From Macrococcus epidermidis (GTDB lineage: Bacteria > Bacillota > Bacilli > Staphylococcales > Staphylococcaceae), in the NCBI RefSeq assembly GCF_042659445.1, contig NZ_JBHSSR010000013.1: DNA of 24,000 nt; one strand, given 5' to 3'. Each line of letters begins with the position of its first letter. Positions within the stretch are counted from its first letter, which is position 1. Position numbers and translations under genes: made by a program. The notes beneath the pieces were generated by a model. That model searched no databases, was not told where the DNA came from, and saw only the letters and a program-made list of their open reading frames with translations. Below, piece by piece: positions 8,007-16,371 of this stretch.

Positions 8007-8086
8007 GCTCTTTACTTCTAGCAAATTCAGAATTAATTTCAAATTAAACACTGTTTACATTTAAAGTACTATAAACTATTCCTCAA

Positions 8087-8851
8087 TTAAAAGAGCTCAT
8101 CAATTAAAATATAGTATCTAATCTTTTGCATATCTAACTTGAAACCTAAAAGTCGTTCTAACTCATTCTTCAATTCTTCTTCATTAATATCTGTGTTATA
8201 AAGATAACTTCTATAACAAAGTGCTATATCTCGATAAGGATCACCTAGACCACCTCGTCCCAAATCAATATAACCAGAAACCTTGCCATTATTGACTAAA
8301 ATATTCGGCATACATAAATCACCGTGCGTGTAGCTTATTTCTTCATCTGGTTGATTATCTTTCAACCAAGTTAATAACTCTTGAGGATCCTTAAATGCTT
8401 CAGGTCCATACGTATCTGGATTAGCATCTTCAATATCAACAAAGCCATTTTCAACATTATATTCAGCTTTCTTTATATAATGTTGTAGTCGATTATCTAC
8501 AGGACAATTTCTGAAATCAATTTCTTTTAATTCATTTATTGCTTTCGCATATAGTTCAAGTGAATTATTAACTTCGTATAGCATCTCTCCATTTAATCGT
8601 GACATAAGTAAGTAACTAGTATCATTATTTTCACAGTGAGCAATTATCACTGGAACAGGTAAACGTCCTTTCAACCATTTCATTAGTTTTATTTCGTTTT
8701 TAGACTCTAATGATATGGGTTCTATCTTCAAAACATAGTCTTCAAAGATAATAACAGAGGAATGGGAACGACCAATATTATCAATTTTATAACTCTGATT
8801 TTTTATATATTCTGCAATTTTATTTGGTATGGCAATACTACCTATTTTCAT
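8087..8851 (-). CDS. Aminoglycoside 3'-phosphotransferase-family kinase (APH(3')-like)
   Basis: 254 aa. The catalytic loop THGDLCMPNILV (HGDxxxxN) and GYIDLGRGGLGDPYRDIALC (IDLGR..D) are present. The C-terminus IRYYILIDELF nearly matches the IKYYILLDELF end of APH(3')-IIIa as I recall it. SD AGGGGG 7 nt upstream. Confidence 0.85.
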   Translation of the reverse strand: MKIGSIAIPNKIAEYIKNQSYKIDNIGRSHSSVIIFEDYVLKIEPISLESKNEIKLMKWLKGRLPVPVIIAHCENNDTSYLLMSRLNGEMLYEVNNSLELYAKAINELKEIDFRNCPVDNRLQHYIKKAEYNVENGFVDIEDANPDTYGPEAFKDPQELLTWLKDNQPDEEISYTHGDLCMPNILVNNGKVSGYIDLGRGGLGDPYRDIALCYRSYLYNTDINEEELKNELERLLGFKLDMQKIRYYILIDELF

Positions 8852-9154
8852 GCTAAAACCCCCTAAGAATTTTTACATATCCTTTATACTCATAAATTCT
8901 GTCTACTACCGTTTTATGAATGTTCATTCTAACTGTCATGTTTCCAATAAAAAAATCGTATGGAAATAAGAGTACGAGTTAAATGGAGAAAATCTATTTT
9001 TTATACCATCGATTTTAGACTGAAGGATTCCATCAAGATACCGTGTGTAAAGAAATAATAAAGTTCTACATCGAATCTATGAATATTCAAAGCACTGTGT
9101 ATAATCTAAAATTTCCATCAGAAATTACTTTTAGGATTTCCAATTCAAAAAATG

Positions 9155-9183
9155 TTGACAAAATATTCAATCAATTATATCAT
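9155..9183 (+). promoter_or_regulatory. Sigma-A-type promoter for the thrS leader
   Basis: TTGACA (9155-9160), 17 nt, then TATCAT (9178-9183). This would start a leader of about 265 nt. Confidence 0.5.
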
Positions 9184-9189
9184 ATGTTT

Positions 9190-9425
9190 AATTTAATATT
9201 ACATACAAGGACACGATTTTATTTGGTCGATTAACAGAGAGGGAATAATTGCTGAGAGATTCCTAAATTAGATAATAAAATTACTACCTTAACAATAAAT
9301 GATATGGAAACATGTCACGTTCATGTGCGTTAAACATGCTAGAGTGTCATCATTAATGATGGAATTTTGGGTGGAACCGCGGGTAATAGAAGACTCGTCC
9401 CTTTTTTGAGGGACGGGTCTTTTTA
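9190..9425 (+). promoter_or_regulatory. T-box riboswitch leader (threonine specifier) with intrinsic terminator
   Basis: AGAGAG (9236-9241) and hairpin GGAAT..ATTCC (9242-9263). Tandem Thr codons ACT ACC (9283-9288) are specifier candidates. T-box sequence AATTTTGGGTGGAACCGCGGG (9363-9383) fits the AAnnnGGGTGGnACCGCG consensus. A 12-bp terminator AGACTCGTCCCT / AGGGACGGGTCT (9391-9420) with a T-run follows. Confidence 0.85.
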
Positions 9426-9456
9426 TTATAAAAATAAAATTTAGGGAGAGATTTAA

Positions 9457-11373
9457 ATGTCAAATCAACAAATTAGTATCAAATTTCCAGATGGAAGTAA
9501 AAAAGAATATCCCAAAGGAATTCTTGCAAGTGAAGTTGCAAAATCGATTAGTAATTCTTTATTCAAGGAAGCCATTGTTTGCCGCGTCAATGGAACCTTA
9601 GTTGATTTGACCTATCCCATCCATCAAGATTCAGAACTTAGTTTCTATAATATAAATACTGCCGAAGGTATTGAAGTGATGAGACACTCCACAGCACATA
9701 TTTTAGCTCAAGCGATTAAACGAATTTATCCAAATGCACTACTATCAATTGGACCAGTTATTGAAAATGGTTTTTATTATGATATAGACTTAGATCAATC
9801 TATCAGTGAGAGTGACTTAAGTAAAATCGAAAAAGAAATGAAAAAAATTCAGAAAGAAAATCTTACATTCATTCGTTCTGAGGTATCTTATGAAGAAGCT
9901 AAGATTGTATTTAAAGATAATTCTTATAAAGTGAATATCATAGAAAGCCATAAAGAAGAGCAACTTTCAATATATCAACAAGGTGAATTTACAGACTTAT
10001 GTACAGGTCCACACGTACCAAGTACTAAATATGTAAATCACTTTAAATTAACAAAAGTTGCAGGTGCTTACTGGAAAGGTGATAGTAATAATAAGATGCT
10101 TCAACGAATATATGGTGTAGCTTTTGCATCCAAAGAAGAACTAGATAATTATTTTGACTTCTTGAAAGAAGCAGATGAAAGAAACCATAGAAAGCTAGGT
10201 AAGCAACTAAAACTATTCATGTTTTCTGAAGACGCACCAGGAATGCCCTTCTATTTACCAAATGGTCAGTTTATTAAAAATAAAATGGAAGATTTTTTAA
10301 GAGAAATACAATTAGAAAGAGGATACCAAGAAGTTAAAACACCTTTGATGATGAATCAAAGACTCTGGGAAGCTTCTGGACATTGGAATCATTACCATGA
10401 AAATATGTATTTTACAAAAGTCGATGAAAATGATTTTGCATTAAAACCAATGAATTGCCCTGGTCATATGCTAATATTTAAAAATGAATTAAAATCTTAT
10501 AAAGATTTACCACTAAGAATTGCTGAATTTGGACAAGTACATCGTCACGAATTCAGTGGAGCTCTAAATGGATTACTTCGTGTAAGAACGTTCTGTCAAG
10601 ACGATGCACATATGTTTGTAATGAAATCTCAAATCCAAGAGGAAATTAAAAATGTATTAGAGCTTATTGATTACCTGTATAAAATTTTTGGATTCGAATA
10701 TTCAATAGAACTATCAACACGTCCGGAAAAATATCTTGGAGATTTAAATCTATGGGAAGAAGCTGAAAAATCATTATCCAATGTTTTAGATCACTTGAAT
10801 CTCTCTTATAGTATTAATGAAGGTGATGGTGCTTTCTACGGTCCTAAAATAGATATTCATATTAAAGATGCACTTAACAGAAGTCACCAATGTGCTACTG
10901 TACAGCTTGATTTCCAAATGCCTGAAAAATTCGATTTAACATATGTAAATGAAAACAATGAAAAAGAACCACCCGTAGTTATTCATCGTGCAATATTTGG
11001 ATCACTTGATCGTTTCTTTGGAATATTGATTGAACACTTTAAAGGGGCATTTCCATTATGGATGGCACCAACTCAAGTGAATCTTATTGGAGTATCTGAA
11101 AATAATATTGAATATGTAAAACAAATTCAAAAAGTACTTGCACAGGAAAACATCAGAGTAAATATTGATAACAGAGACGAAAAGCTAGGTAAGAAAATTA
11201 GAGAAAGTCAAATGAATAAAATCCCTTACACTATTGTAGTGGGTGATGAGGAACAAAATAATAATTCATTATCTGTTAGAAAATACGGTCAGTCAGAGAA
11301 TGTATCAAAAGATATCACAACATTTATTAAGGAATTGAAAAAGGAAATTAATAGCAAAGAATTATTAGTATAA
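9457..11373 (+). CDS. thrS: Threonine--tRNA ligase (class II aaRS with TGS and editing domains)
   Basis: 638 aa. It has a TGS-like N-terminus, editing-domain HSTAHILAQA and CTGPHV, a class II core PMNCPGHMLIF / RIAEFGQVHRHEFSG / FCQDDAHMF / VVIHRAIFGS, and an anticodon-binding C-terminus. SD GGGAGAG lies upstream. Confidence 0.95.
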   Translation: MSNQQISIKFPDGSKKEYPKGILASEVAKSISNSLFKEAIVCRVNGTLVDLTYPIHQDSELSFYNINTAEGIEVMRHSTAHILAQAIKRIYPNALLSIGPVIENGFYYDIDLDQSISESDLSKIEKEMKKIQKENLTFIRSEVSYEEAKIVFKDNSYKVNIIESHKEEQLSIYQQGEFTDLCTGPHVPSTKYVNHFKLTKVAGAYWKGDSNNKMLQRIYGVAFASKEELDNYFDFLKEADERNHRKLGKQLKLFMFSEDAPGMPFYLPNGQFIKNKMEDFLREIQLERGYQEVKTPLMMNQRLWEASGHWNHYHENMYFTKVDENDFALKPMNCPGHMLIFKNELKSYKDLPLRIAEFGQVHRHEFSGALNGLLRVRTFCQDDAHMFVMKSQIQEEIKNVLELIDYLYKIFGFEYSIELSTRPEKYLGDLNLWEEAEKSLSNVLDHLNLSYSINEGDGAFYGPKIDIHIKDALNRSHQCATVQLDFQMPEKFDLTYVNENNEKEPPVVIHRAIFGSLDRFFGILIEHFKGAFPLWMAPTQVNLIGVSENNIEYVKQIQKVLAQENIRVNIDNRDEKLGKKIRESQMNKIPYTIVVGDEEQNNNSLSVRKYGQSENVSKDITTFIKELKKEINSKELLV

Positions 11374-11374
11374 A

Positions 11375-11410
11375 ATTAAGTCCAAAGCTTTATTAGCTTT
11401 GGACTTAATT
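11375..11410. terminator. Bidirectional terminator shared by convergent thrS and mepB-like genes
   Basis: Perfect 14-bp stem TTAAGTCCAAAGCT / AGCTTTGGACTTAA with a short loop, A-rich before and T-rich after. Confidence 0.8.
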
Positions 11411-11418
11411 TATGCTTA

Positions 11419-11868
11419 TTATTCAAACTTATATTCACCCATCTTATAAAAATGTTCAATCTGCCATTTCTGACTAGCCATTGCAGTTTTATTCAAATCT
11501 TTGACCCCTGGCGGATAGACTCTAAAAGCCATTTTCCCTTTTGAATTATCTGCTTTGACAATACCTTTTTCGATTAGGATCGAAACAGGGAAAACAAACT
11601 GACTTTCATTATAGTCATCGAGAATATTAATTACAAGGTAATCGCCAATATCATCGTCATTAAAAGGTATATTTTTATTAAGGGAATCTTTCTTCCATAT
11701 AGCAACGAAATATCCCGGTTTCTTAGGAGTTTTCTTTGCTAATCTACTTTTAAAATTAAAATTTCCACTTGAAATATTTAAACCTTCATACTCTTCGTTC
11801 CATTTGTCTTGTTTTATAACAACTTCTCTACCCTCAAAAATTTTATTCCATATATTATTGGATTCCAA
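11419..11868 (-). CDS. mepB: MepB-family protein
   Basis: FKSRLAKKTPKKPGYFVAIWKKD and GKMAFRVYPP blocks match S. aureus MepB (mepRAB operon) as I recall it. I trimmed the ORF-track GTG (11889) to TTG 11868, which has SD GGAGG 7 nt upstream. No mepR or mepA is adjacent. Confidence 0.7.
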   Translation of the reverse strand: MESNNIWNKIFEGREVVIKQDKWNEEYEGLNISSGNFNFKSRLAKKTPKKPGYFVAIWKKDSLNKNIPFNDDDIGDYLVINILDDYNESQFVFPVSILIEKGIVKADNSKGKMAFRVYPPGVKDLNKTAMASQKWQIEHFYKMGEYKFE

Positions 11869-11939
11869 AATAAAACCTCCAAAGATCACTAAGTGGATAA
11901 TACTTATACCTAAAATGGTTCTTAAGAAAAGCTAATCAT

Positions 11940-12026
11940 CTATTGATTATTATCTTTATTATTAAATGCGACTATCAAAGCAATAAATAATGGTATGAAA
12001 ACAACAAACCAAAGATATTCCGACAT
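11940..12026 (-). CDS. Possible 28-aa hydrophobic micro-protein (unannotated small ORF)
   Basis: My translation is MSEYLWFVVFIPLFIALIVAFNNKDNNQ, a single predicted TM helix. SD AAGGGG lies 8 nt upstream of ATG 12026, 19 nt downstream of the esterase stop on the same strand. It is below the ORF-track length cut-off. Confidence 0.25.
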   Translation of the reverse strand: MSEYLWFVVFIPLFIALIVAFNNKDNNQ

Positions 12027-12045
12027 TTCAAATACCCCTTACATA

Positions 12046-12981
12046 TTAATTTGTATTTAAAGCCTCATTTAGCGCTCTAATAGAATCTGATATAGCTCTT
12101 TTACTTATCTCAGAATCAGGAACCATCGCTTCAAACTCATGGTATCCACCTGGATATAAATGAAACTCAACAGGTACGCCTGCTTCTGTTAATACTCTTA
12201 CATAGTTCATCGTCTCATCTCTAAACGGATCAAGTGAGCCAACTGTTGTATATGTAGGTGGTAAATTGCTAAAGTCTGTTTCACGCATTGGTGCAGCATA
12301 CTTAGGTGTCTCACCTTCCACGCCTTTCAGATACATAGACCAGGCAAACTGATTCAGTTCCTTGCTCCACACTCTTTTATCATTAAACTCATTACTTGAA
12401 TATGTTGTACAGCTATCATCAATCATTGGGAATAACGGTATCTGAAACTTAATTTTTGGACCTTTACGATCTCTTGCTAATAATGACAAGGCTGCCGTTA
12501 GTCCACCACCTGTACTTCCTCCAACCACTGCAAGTCTATCAACATCAACATTAAGTTGGTCTTTATTTTCAACAATCCATTGAAGTGCTAGATAACAATC
12601 TTCAATTGCTGCAGGATATGGATTCTCTGGTGCTAATCGATAATCCACCGAAACTACAACACAGTTCACGTCTTTTACATATCGTGCACACTTAGCATCA
12701 TTACCCTCTACCGAACCAAACATATAACCACCACCATGGATAAATAACACGACCGGTAATGTATCTGTTTGGTTCACAGGAGCATAGACTTTGAGCCTAA
12801 CTTGTATATTCTCCTCATCATGCTCAGCAAAGTATTCGTTCTGCGTAATCGCTTCATCAATATAAGGTTGAATTAACAGTTTGTTAGCTGTTCGTATTGA
12901 AGGAAGCTTTTCTTCCGACAAATCCATCGGTGTCAGTTTCTTAAATGTTTCTAATAGTTCTTTATGTACTCTACTTTCCAC
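12046..12981 (-). CDS. Alpha/beta-hydrolase, hormone-sensitive-lipase-like esterase/deacetylase
   Basis: 311 aa. Oxyanion-hole HGGG block (LFIHGGGYMFG), nucleophile elbow VVGGSTGGGL (GxSxG) and C-terminal GGYHEF (His). GTG start with SD GGAGG 8 nt upstream. It overlaps the preceding GATase gene by 11 nt. Confidence 0.85.
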   Translation of the reverse strand: MESRVHKELLETFKKLTPMDLSEEKLPSIRTANKLLIQPYIDEAITQNEYFAEHDEENIQVRLKVYAPVNQTDTLPVVLFIHGGGYMFGSVEGNDAKCARYVKDVNCVVVSVDYRLAPENPYPAAIEDCYLALQWIVENKDQLNVDVDRLAVVGGSTGGGLTAALSLLARDRKGPKIKFQIPLFPMIDDSCTTYSSNEFNDKRVWSKELNQFAWSMYLKGVEGETPKYAAPMRETDFSNLPPTYTTVGSLDPFRDETMNYVRVLTEAGVPVEFHLYPGGYHEFEAMVPDSEISKRAISDSIRALNEALNTN

Positions 12982-13642
12982 TTAGACGACCTCCACTTAT
13001 GTAATTCACCATACTCAGTAATACTTTCTGATTTTCAGCAGGGATATCATATGTCATAATATCTTCCTCTGTATTGTTTAAAACATTACCAGTTATATAT
13101 TCACGATCCGCTTCCACCAAATCACTTAACGTCTCTTTTGTCGTTTCCATATGGAATTGTAATCCAATCACATTTTCATTATAGATGAAGGCTTGATTCT
13201 CACAATGGGTTGAACTGTATAGTCTTTTTGCTTTATCAGGTAATGTGAAGGTATCTCCATGCCAGTGCAATACATCTAACTGTTGTGGCAGGAATGAGTA
13301 ATCATTAGTTTGTTTTTTAATAACACCAAATCCTACTTCTTTTCCTTTAGAGTTTGGGTATACTTCTCCACCAAGAACTTCTGCGATTAACTGAGCACCA
13401 AGACATATTCCAAGTAAAGGCTTATTATTTTTTATCAAATCTTTTATTAGTTCCTTCTCATGATTAAGCCACGGGATATCATCGTGTACACTCATCGGAC
13501 CACCCAGCACAATAAGCATGTCGATATCCTTTTCATCAGGTAAAATATGATTGTTTTCATATAAGTTAATAACTTTTGCATTCAATGCTTCGAGAATACC
13601 TGGATTCTCAAAAGGTACGTGTTGTAGTATGTATATATTCAT
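12971..13642 (-). CDS. Class I glutamine amidotransferase-like protein (stand-alone GATase1, GuaA-N-terminal-like)
   Basis: 223 aa. Nucleophile elbow LLGICLGAQLIAEVLGG and the LQFHMETT (His-x-Glu) motif. Confidence 0.8.
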   Translation of the reverse strand: MNIYILQHVPFENPGILEALNAKVINLYENNHILPDEKDIDMLIVLGGPMSVHDDIPWLNHEKELIKDLIKNNKPLLGICLGAQLIAEVLGGEVYPNSKGKEVGFGVIKKQTNDYSFLPQQLDVLHWHGDTFTLPDKAKRLYSSTHCENQAFIYNENVIGLQFHMETTKETLSDLVEADREYITGNVLNNTEEDIMTYDIPAENQKVLLSMVNYISGGRLSGK

Positions 13643-13742
13643 TCAATTGTTCCTCTCTGTTCTATTATTAATCATATATTTATTTGTACTTAAAATCGTC
13701 ATACGCGTTCAACCCATGAAATAGTTGAATGACTCTTATAAT

Positions 13743-15737
13743 CTATACACTAAAATATTTTTGATTAATATTTTTTTGAAAGTCTTCGATTTCATTTGAT
13801 GTTATTTCATTTTTTATAGATAAAGAATTAATAATAGCTTGGCGAAATCTATAACTCTCTTTGTTCATTCTATTGTCCAATATTGTAAGTAGACCTACAT
13901 CTGATTGACTTCTTATTAACCTACCTACACCTTGTTTAAGTTTAATTAACATTTCAGGTAATACAACTTTATCTCTATCGCCGATTCTCTGTATTTTGTT
14001 TTCAATAATAGGATCTGGTACTGGGAATGGTAATTGAACAATAATTAAGGAAGTGAGGTACTCTTTTTTCAAATCAATTCCCTCCCAAAAAACACCTGTC
14101 CCTAAAATTAGACCTTTTTCTTTTTTAAATTGTTCGATAATATCTCTTTGGCTCATCTGACCAGTATCTATAAATATTTTTTGGGGCAAATCATGATTTT
14201 TTATTAGCAAATCATAAATAATTTGAATATCTTTTTTTGATGTAAATAATGCAAGCGTTCCGCCTTTGTTATTGCAAGTTACCGTAGCAATATGATTTGC
14301 AATATTGTGATAATATGATTCGTTTTTTATATTATAATCTGGAAGGTGAGGAGGAATATATAAACGACTATGGTTATAGTTAAAATCATTTTCTAATGCA
14401 TGCTCATAGTCACCTATTTTTTTATTTATATCAAATCCTATACTTTTTATTATGTAGTCATAACCTCCACTTTCTGCTTCCGGTACTCTGATAGTGGCAG
14501 AAACACAAATTACCGGACACTTTACACTTCTCGAAAATAAACTTTCCTGTAAATATTCTGACTGATTGTCAGGGCAAAACGACAAATCCACTTTGTTTTT
14601 ATTCACTTCTGCCCATACAATAAATCCCTTTCTTTTTTTCTTCTCGATTAATAAGTATTTTTCAAATAATCTAATTCGGTTTAATTTGGTTTCAGTTATT
14701 GTTCTAAATCTATTATTAAAAGTATTGGTAGAAAAAATATCATATACATCAATCAATTCTTTTATTACACTATGTATTTCTAATGAATATAATGTGTCAT
14801 TAATTTTTGTGCGTGCTTCTGTTACTCCCTCTTCTATACTAGACAATATTTTTGTTTTCTCTACTTTAATACAAGATCCTAACTCGTCAATTTGTTGTTT
14901 ATTAGTTATTTTGTTATTATTATCTAAATACTTTTTTGTAACATTTAAAAGTTCACGTAAATCATCTTCGACTTTATCAAATCTAATATTATCTGTTACT
15001 GCTGTTCTTTGCTTTTCTTCTAAATTATGAACTTCATCTATAACTATCATACAAGGATCATTATAAATTAAACCATTGATAGAATTTTCAGTTTTCTTAT
15101 AATGTGCTAAAAGTAAATCATGATTCACAATAATTACCTTTGGAATATAGCTACTATTTAGCCTTTCTATATTATTCTTATTTATACTTTGCCTCATGTT
15201 ATAAAATATACAATCATGGCGATAATTACATTTATCAAACTTACATTCACCGATTTCAACAGTTTTCCAGTCAGACAAAGGGATTTTTAGTGGTTTTTGC
15301 TTAGTTGCGCCCTTTTTTATCTCTTCCAGAAGTAATGTTTTCTTCTCAAAAGATATATCTGTATTATTGGAAACTTTATATTCACATGCATAATTTTTTG
15401 TACCTTTACCAATAACAAACTCAACTTCGCAATCTAAAAGTTTTTTCGCAAGTAGTACATCTTCTTCTAACTGCTCTGTTAGTTGAATGGTAGAACTAGA
15501 AACTATAAGGGGTTTTTTAGTCATTTTAGAAATTAAAATGCCCGGCAAAAGGTATGCTAGTGACTTTCCGATACCTACTGATGCTTCGACGATTAGATTT
15601 TGATTTTTATCAAAAGCGTCTAAAATATGGTATATCAATGTCTCTTGCCCATCTCTATATTCATATCCCAGTAATTTCATATCTTCAAATAATTCTATTA
15701 TTTTATTATAAATATCTTGTAATTCTATAATTACCAC
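13743..15737 (-). CDS. dinG: DinG/XPD (Rad3)-family superfamily-2 DNA helicase with a 4-Cys Fe-S cluster domain
   Basis: 664 aa. Walker A EASVGIGKSLAYLLPG and a DEAH-type box IVIDEVHNLEE. Cys118 plus C165-x4-C170-x5-C176 (NYACEY ... ECKFDKCNYRHDC) has the same C-x4-C-x5-C spacing as E. coli DinG. C-terminal helicase motifs GTGVFWEGID and QGVGRLIRS. The start is uncertain: the GTG at 15737 lies inside a GAGGTGG SD-like string. Confidence 0.85.
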   Translation of the reverse strand: MVIIELQDIYNKIIELFEDMKLLGYEYRDGQETLIYHILDAFDKNQNLIVEASVGIGKSLAYLLPGILISKMTKKPLIVSSSTIQLTEQLEEDVLLAKKLLDCEVEFVIGKGTKNYACEYKVSNNTDISFEKKTLLLEEIKKGATKQKPLKIPLSDWKTVEIGECKFDKCNYRHDCIFYNMRQSINKNNIERLNSSYIPKVIIVNHDLLLAHYKKTENSINGLIYNDPCMIVIDEVHNLEEKQRTAVTDNIRFDKVEDDLRELLNVTKKYLDNNNKITNKQQIDELGSCIKVEKTKILSSIEEGVTEARTKINDTLYSLEIHSVIKELIDVYDIFSTNTFNNRFRTITETKLNRIRLFEKYLLIEKKKRKGFIVWAEVNKNKVDLSFCPDNQSEYLQESLFSRSVKCPVICVSATIRVPEAESGGYDYIIKSIGFDINKKIGDYEHALENDFNYNHSRLYIPPHLPDYNIKNESYYHNIANHIATVTCNNKGGTLALFTSKKDIQIIYDLLIKNHDLPQKIFIDTGQMSQRDIIEQFKKEKGLILGTGVFWEGIDLKKEYLTSLIIVQLPFPVPDPIIENKIQRIGDRDKVVLPEMLIKLKQGVGRLIRSQSDVGLLTILDNRMNKESYRFRQAIINSLSIKNEITSNEIEDFQKNINQKYFSV

Positions 15738-15743
15738 CTCATA

Positions 15744-15757
15744 AGAACATTTGTTCT
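15744..15757. promoter_or_regulatory. LexA (Cheo/SOS) box upstream of the DinG-like helicase
   Basis: Perfect palindrome AGAACATTTGTTCT containing GAAC-N4-GTTC, the Firmicute LexA operator core (CGAACnnnnGTTCG). It lies directly between the -10 element and the SD of the helicase. Confidence 0.6.
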
Positions 15758-15758
15758 C

Positions 15759-15767
15759 ATTATATCA
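15759..15767 (-). promoter_or_regulatory. Extended -10 promoter element for the helicase
   Basis: The minus strand reads TGATATAAT (TGnTATAAT) at 15767-15759, abutting the LexA box. There is a weak -35 TTAAAA 17 nt upstream. Confidence 0.5.
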
Positions 15768-15866
15768 TTTTTATGATATTGTTTTAATAATAGGCACATA
15801 CTTTTAATTGTTATAATCTCTAATATGCTGCATAATTCATTAAAGTATTTATCTATACGTCATTAG

Positions 15867-16034
15867 TTAACTTTTGATGTAATCATACATTCTTCTATCC
15901 ATACCTGAGTTACAGTAATTCCAATACATTGCAGAAGTAGTATAAGCTACTTCTGCTTCAACGAAATATTCTTTGCCTAAATCATATATCAATTTTACAA
16001 TATCGTCTTTTATGTCAGATACGTTATGCATCAT
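15867..16034 (-). CDS. Possible 55-aa ORF or gene remnant of unknown function
   Basis: My translation is MMHNVSDIKDDIVKLIYDLGKEYFVEAEVAYTTSAMYWNYCNSGMDRRMYDYIKS. The composition is protein-like, but there is no convincing SD. The frame stays open about 70 nt further upstream without a start codon, which suggests a truncated remnant. Confidence 0.2.
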   Translation of the reverse strand: MMHNVSDIKDDIVKLIYDLGKEYFVEAEVAYTTSAMYWNYCNSGMDRRMYDYIKS

Positions 16035-16371
16035 TTTTAAATACTCATCAATTTTTATTTCATAAAAGACTCTGAGCGTATCTCTATATCCATTATTTGT
16101 TTATTAGAATTAACTTCAAGGATATTACTTATATATTTAATTACAATACTAATGTAATTAAATTTTTGAACTTTCGATTTTGAATTAAATTTTCAAAAAT
16201 TAATCATCACAATTTTTATCTCTTTGTAATTGGGCAAAGACAAATTATAAAGAATGATGTCATTTTATTCTTTTTTGATAATATAACTAATACTATTAAT
16301 AATTACAATTCACATAGAGTCAAATTATTAATTTAAACATTTTTTTAAATTACTGTTTACTTTGGAAAAAA

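Noticed and set aside
9043-9234. 63-aa ORF upstream of thrS
   Set aside because: It spans the thrS promoter (-35/-10 at 9155-9183) and the start of the T-box leader, with no SD. The region is better explained as regulatory RNA/DNA.
14566-15030. 154-aa plus-strand ORF
   Set aside because: It is antisense to the central part of the DinG-like helicase. Its Leu/Ser/Phe-rich composition is typical of the reverse frame of an AT-rich, Lys/Glu/Asn-rich gene.
15731-15760. Mini upstream ORF ATGAGAACAAATGTTCTTATGAGGTGGTAA overlapping the helicase start
   Set aside because: Its first ATG overlaps the -10 box and would lie upstream of the predicted transcription start. It is probably a coincidental product of the LexA palindrome plus the SD.
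16187-16201. CodY-box-like AATTTTCAAAAATTA
   Set aside because: It has about 3 mismatches to AATTTTCWGAAAATT in a very AT-rich spacer, so chance occurrence is likely. I kept it only as a note inside the spacer finding.
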